The notes beneath the pieces were generated by a model. The model made no database searches and was not told where the DNA came from. It worked only from the letters and a program-made list of their open reading frames with translations. Shown here one piece after another: positions 37,167-39,992 of a DNA stretch of 39,992 nt (position 1 is its first letter; each line of letters starts with the position of its first letter). This stretch comes from an uncultured Halobacteriales archaeon. GTDB taxonomy: Archaea > Halobacteriota > Halobacteria > Halobacteriales > Halococcaceae. The DNA lies in assembly GCA_964545755.1 (NCBI GenBank), contig CAZJHA010000001.1:1922-41913 (forward strand), read 5' to 3'. A program made the position numbers and the translations under genes.

Positions 37167-38711
37167 ATGACGACCAGCGAGGACATGTCCGATGACCCGA
37201 CCGGTCTCACGGGAGTGGTTTCCAGTGCGAGCCTCGTGCTCGTCGGCAGCCTGCTCGGTTCCTCCTCGAAACTCATCGAGCGGGTCATCATCGCACGACT
37301 GCTCCCGCCCGGTTCCTACGGGCAGGTCAGCCTCGGCATCGCCGTGATGAGCCTCGGTCTCACCCTCGGCATCGCCGGCTTCGACCAAGGGATTCCCCGG
37401 TTCGTATCGCGGTTCGACGACGAACGCGACAGGCGCGGCACGTGGCTCACCGGCATTGCCCTCTCGGGTATCATCACGCTCGTCGTCACGGCGCTGCTTC
37501 TCTTCCGCCTTGACTGGGTCACGAGAACGCTCTTCGACGATACGGGCTCGGAGCTGGCCGCGCTGTTCGTCCTCGCCATCCCGATGCTCGTCGGCCAACA
37601 ACTCGGCGTCGGCGGAGTTCGTGGCTTCGAGAACACCATCTATCGCACCTACTCGCGCGACCTGCTGTACAACGGGCTGCGCCTCGGCCTGCTCGTCGCC
37701 TTCCTCTTCGCCGGTCTCGGCGTGTTCGCGGCGGGCTACGCCTACGTCATCGCCGGCGCGGCCGGCTTTCTCACCATCCATTACTTTTTGAATCGACTGA
37801 TGTCGCTGCGCGGCCCGGTGCGGACACATCCACGGCAACTGCTGTGGTTCTCGCTGCCGCTGCTGTTCTCGGCGGCGGTGACGAAACTGCTCTCACAGAT
37901 CGACACGATAATGCTCGGCTGGTATCTCTCCAATGCGAGCGTCGGCATCTACGACGTCGCCTACCCGCTCGCGCTCGGTCTCGGCGTCATCTTCTCGTCG
38001 TTTGGCTTCATCTACCTTCCCCTCACGTCACGGTTCGACGCGAGCGGGCGGCGCGGCGAACTGAATCGGGTCCACAAGCTCACCGCCAAATGGACCGTCC
38101 TCGCCGGTTTTCCGGTCTTTCTGACGTTCGCCGCGTTTCCGACGGACATCATCGGCGCGGTCTTCGGCACCAATTACATCGGACAGGGCGTCGGGGCCAC
38201 GCTCGCGCTACTGTCGACTGGCTTCTTCGTCAGTGGGATGGCCGGCTACTGCCAGAACGCGCTGTCGGGACTCGGCTACACGCGTTCGATTCTCGCGGTG
38301 AACGTCATCTCGGCGGTCGCCAACATCGTGCTCAACGTCCTGTTGATTCCGGCCTACGGTATCGTCGGCGCGGCGGCGGCCTCGGCGCTGTCGTTCGCGA
38401 CGCTCAACTGGGTCGCCTTCATCTTTCTGTATCGGGTCGCCCGAATATCGCCGTTCTCGCGCTATACGGTCAAGATGTACGTCCTCCTGCCCCTACTACT
38501 GTTCCCGCCAGCGCTCGCGCTCTCGACGGTCATTTCGCTGAATCTGCTCACGATTCCGGTGTTCGCCATCGTCGCGGGGCTTGCCACGCTCGCGGTCTGT
38601 GCGGCGACGGGCTGTTTCCAGCCCGAAGACGAGATTCCGCTCGAACTCATCGAGGACCGACTCGGCATTCGGGTGCCGTACATCCGGCGGTACATCCCGG
38701 ACGAGGAGTGA
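37167..38711 (+). CDS. Oligosaccharide/polysaccharide flippase (Wzx-like, MOP superfamily)
   Basis: About 14 TM segments; IARLL.P..YG, FSLPL, IDTIMLG..SVGIY and NIVLNVLLIPAYGIVGAAAA motifs. The start may be 37185. Confidence 0.88.
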   Translation: MTTSEDMSDDPTGLTGVVSSASLVLVGSLLGSSSKLIERVIIARLLPPGSYGQVSLGIAVMSLGLTLGIAGFDQGIPRFVSRFDDERDRRGTWLTGIALSGIITLVVTALLLFRLDWVTRTLFDDTGSELAALFVLAIPMLVGQQLGVGGVRGFENTIYRTYSRDLLYNGLRLGLLVAFLFAGLGVFAAGYAYVIAGAAGFLTIHYFLNRLMSLRGPVRTHPRQLLWFSLPLLFSAAVTKLLSQIDTIMLGWYLSNASVGIYDVAYPLALGLGVIFSSFGFIYLPLTSRFDASGRRGELNRVHKLTAKWTVLAGFPVFLTFAAFPTDIIGAVFGTNYIGQGVGATLALLSTGFFVSGMAGYCQNALSGLGYTRSILAVNVISAVANIVLNVLLIPAYGIVGAAAASALSFATLNWVAFIFLYRVARISPFSRYTVKMYVLLPLLLFPPALALSTVISLNLLTIPVFAIVAGLATLAVCAATGCFQPEDEIPLELIEDRLGIRVPYIRRYIPDEE

Positions 38712-38751
38712 TTTTCACAATCGTTACCCATCCGACCGAGCTACGAAGACT

Positions 38752-39914
38752 ATGATTTCCGAGCACCTCGTCGATCTGCTTCGCGGTTCGTATCGACTGT
38801 TCGATAGCACTCGGCGGCGAACGAGACGGGCGCTAACCCAATACAGGCGCTTCGTCGAAAAGGAGGTGTTGACGTGGAGAAAGCGTGGCTGTCGATGCCC
38901 ATCGGACGGCGACTCTGGCTCTGGCGACACGGGTTCTTGAGCCAAGCCGACGTGCTCTACGACATCGACGAGGACAGTTATCGACAGTATTTCTCCGATT
39001 TCCAGCGCGAGCGCGCCTACTGGATAAACGACGAACAACAGAGCGCGCTCAACAACAAGCTCTTCTTTCACTGGATGATGGAGCCGTTCGCCGAACAGCG
39101 AGTGGCGACCTACGGCGTACTCAAACGGGGACGTTTTCACGATCTCCGCTCGCTCGAAGCGAGTGATGACCCCGTAGTGGAGGACGGACACGCAACTGCC
39201 GATGCGGCTGCGTGGGTGACGGAACGCCTCCGAACGGAGGGTGAGCTCATGATGAAGCCGTGGCGTGGCAGTGGCGGCATGGGCGTTACACGCTGCTCGT
39301 TCGTCGACGGACGATACCGAATCGACGGCGAGGAATACTCACGACCGGCGTTCGAATCGATCATCGAGGGGCTCGATGGGTACCTCGTCTCCGAGGTGGT
39401 CGAACAGGCCGACTATGCGAACGAACTGTTTCCCGATGCGGCGAACACCCTCCGGGTGCTCACGATGTACGACGACGCGGCCGACGAGCCCTTCATTGCG
39501 GCCGCCGCCCACCGGGTCGGCACGGAGCAATCGGCCCCCGTCGATAACTTCACGAACGGAGGTCTCGCGGCAGGTCTCGATATCGAAACCGGTCAACTGA
39601 CGGCTGGCTTCCGTTTTCCCTTTTCGGGTAGTCTCGACTGGTATGAACAGCACCCGGACACGGGTGCGCGAATCGAAGGCGTCGAAATACCGGGCTGGCC
39701 GGCGATTCGGGAGCAGCTCCTGGAGATGGCAGCGGCCTTCTCGCACACGCCCTATATCGGCTGGGACCTCGTGGTGACCGATACGGGAGAGTTTACCGTA
39801 ATAGAGGGTAACAACGCACCGAACATCCGGTTCTTTCAGGTTCACGGCCCGCTGCTCGACGATTCGCGGGTTCGACGGCTCTATGAACGCCACGGCGTCG
39901 TCCCGGCCGAGTAG
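38752..39914 (+). pseudogene. Sugar-transfer-associated ATP-grasp ligase, copy 3, with a frameshift at about 38878-38891 (or expressed from internal GTG 38874)
   Basis: The frame from ATG 38752 (..RALTQYRRFVEKEVLTWR) aligns with the copy-1 N-terminus (..RTLTQLKRFAKSEVSTWR). Homology continues in a different frame (SMPIGRRLWLWRHGF...ERHGVVPAE). Confidence 0.75.
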
Positions 39915-39937
39915 CGTCGCGGGGACGTCGGATCTGG

Positions 39938-39991
39938 TCAGTCGACCAGATAGCCCAGATCGGCGAGCTGTTCCTTCATCGCATCGGTGAA
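39938..39991 (-). CDS. C-terminus of a probable sulfatase/alkaline-phosphatase-superfamily protein (runs off the window)
   Basis: Reverse strand reads FTDAMKEQLADLGYLVD*, the same L-x-x-LGY tail as 33648-34589. Confidence 0.55.
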   Translation of the reverse strand, partial: FTDAMKEQLADLGYLVD

Positions 39992-39992
39992 C

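Noticed and set aside
22517-39914. RiPP cluster (lasso cyclase-like Asn synthetase, graspetide ATP-grasp, LanC-like barrels)
   Set aside because: No precursor peptide, leader peptidase, RRE or dehydratase is present; LanC zinc-ligand motifs are not evident; and the context is nucleotide-sugar genes plus a flippase.
39932-39951. Hairpin ATCTGGTC-AGTC-GACCAGAT between convergent genes as a terminator
   Set aside because: The stem is only 8 bp, overlaps a stop codon and has no U-tract; haloarchaeal termination is not typically hairpin-defined.

Overview
GC-rich haloarchaeal (class Halobacteria) chromosomal window. The assignment rests on very acidic proteins, TATA boxes about 25-30 bp upstream of leaderless starts, a tRNA gene without encoded CCA, and PGF-CTERM proteins; the genus cannot be fixed from sequence alone. 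Left part (1-16.8 kb) is mostly housekeeping: the tail of a type-II NADH dehydrogenase-like gene, a BNR/beta-propeller protein, a molybdenum/formate module (moaA, mobA with no canonical start codon, an OFA-family MFS transporter, an FdhF-like molybdoenzyme with a degenerate C-terminal domain), pstSCAB, msrB, tRNA-Glu(CUC), a membrane-anchored wHTH protein, thyX, a LEA/WHy protein, SRPBCC and nitrilase-family genes. Right part (17.1 kb to the window end, continuing beyond it) is a surface-glycan locus: wecB-wecC (UDP-ManNAcA), two DUF354-like GT-B proteins, two paralogous alpha-helical barrel proteins, a GT4, a flippase and two tandem PGF-CTERM glycoproteins. It also has an unusually dense set of amide- and acyl-forming enzymes: a FemAB-like GNAT, an asparagine-synthetase-like ligase lacking the glutaminase Cys, three paralogous sugar-transfer-type ATP-grasp ligases (one frameshifted, with patchy near-identical tracts) and a formyltransferase, plus alkaline-phosphatase-superfamily enzymes. 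The best candidate for an uncharacterised system is this locus, which could make an aminoacylated or cross-linked amino-uronate wall polymer. That functional reading is inference. No CRISPR array, rRNA, integrase or transposase was seen.
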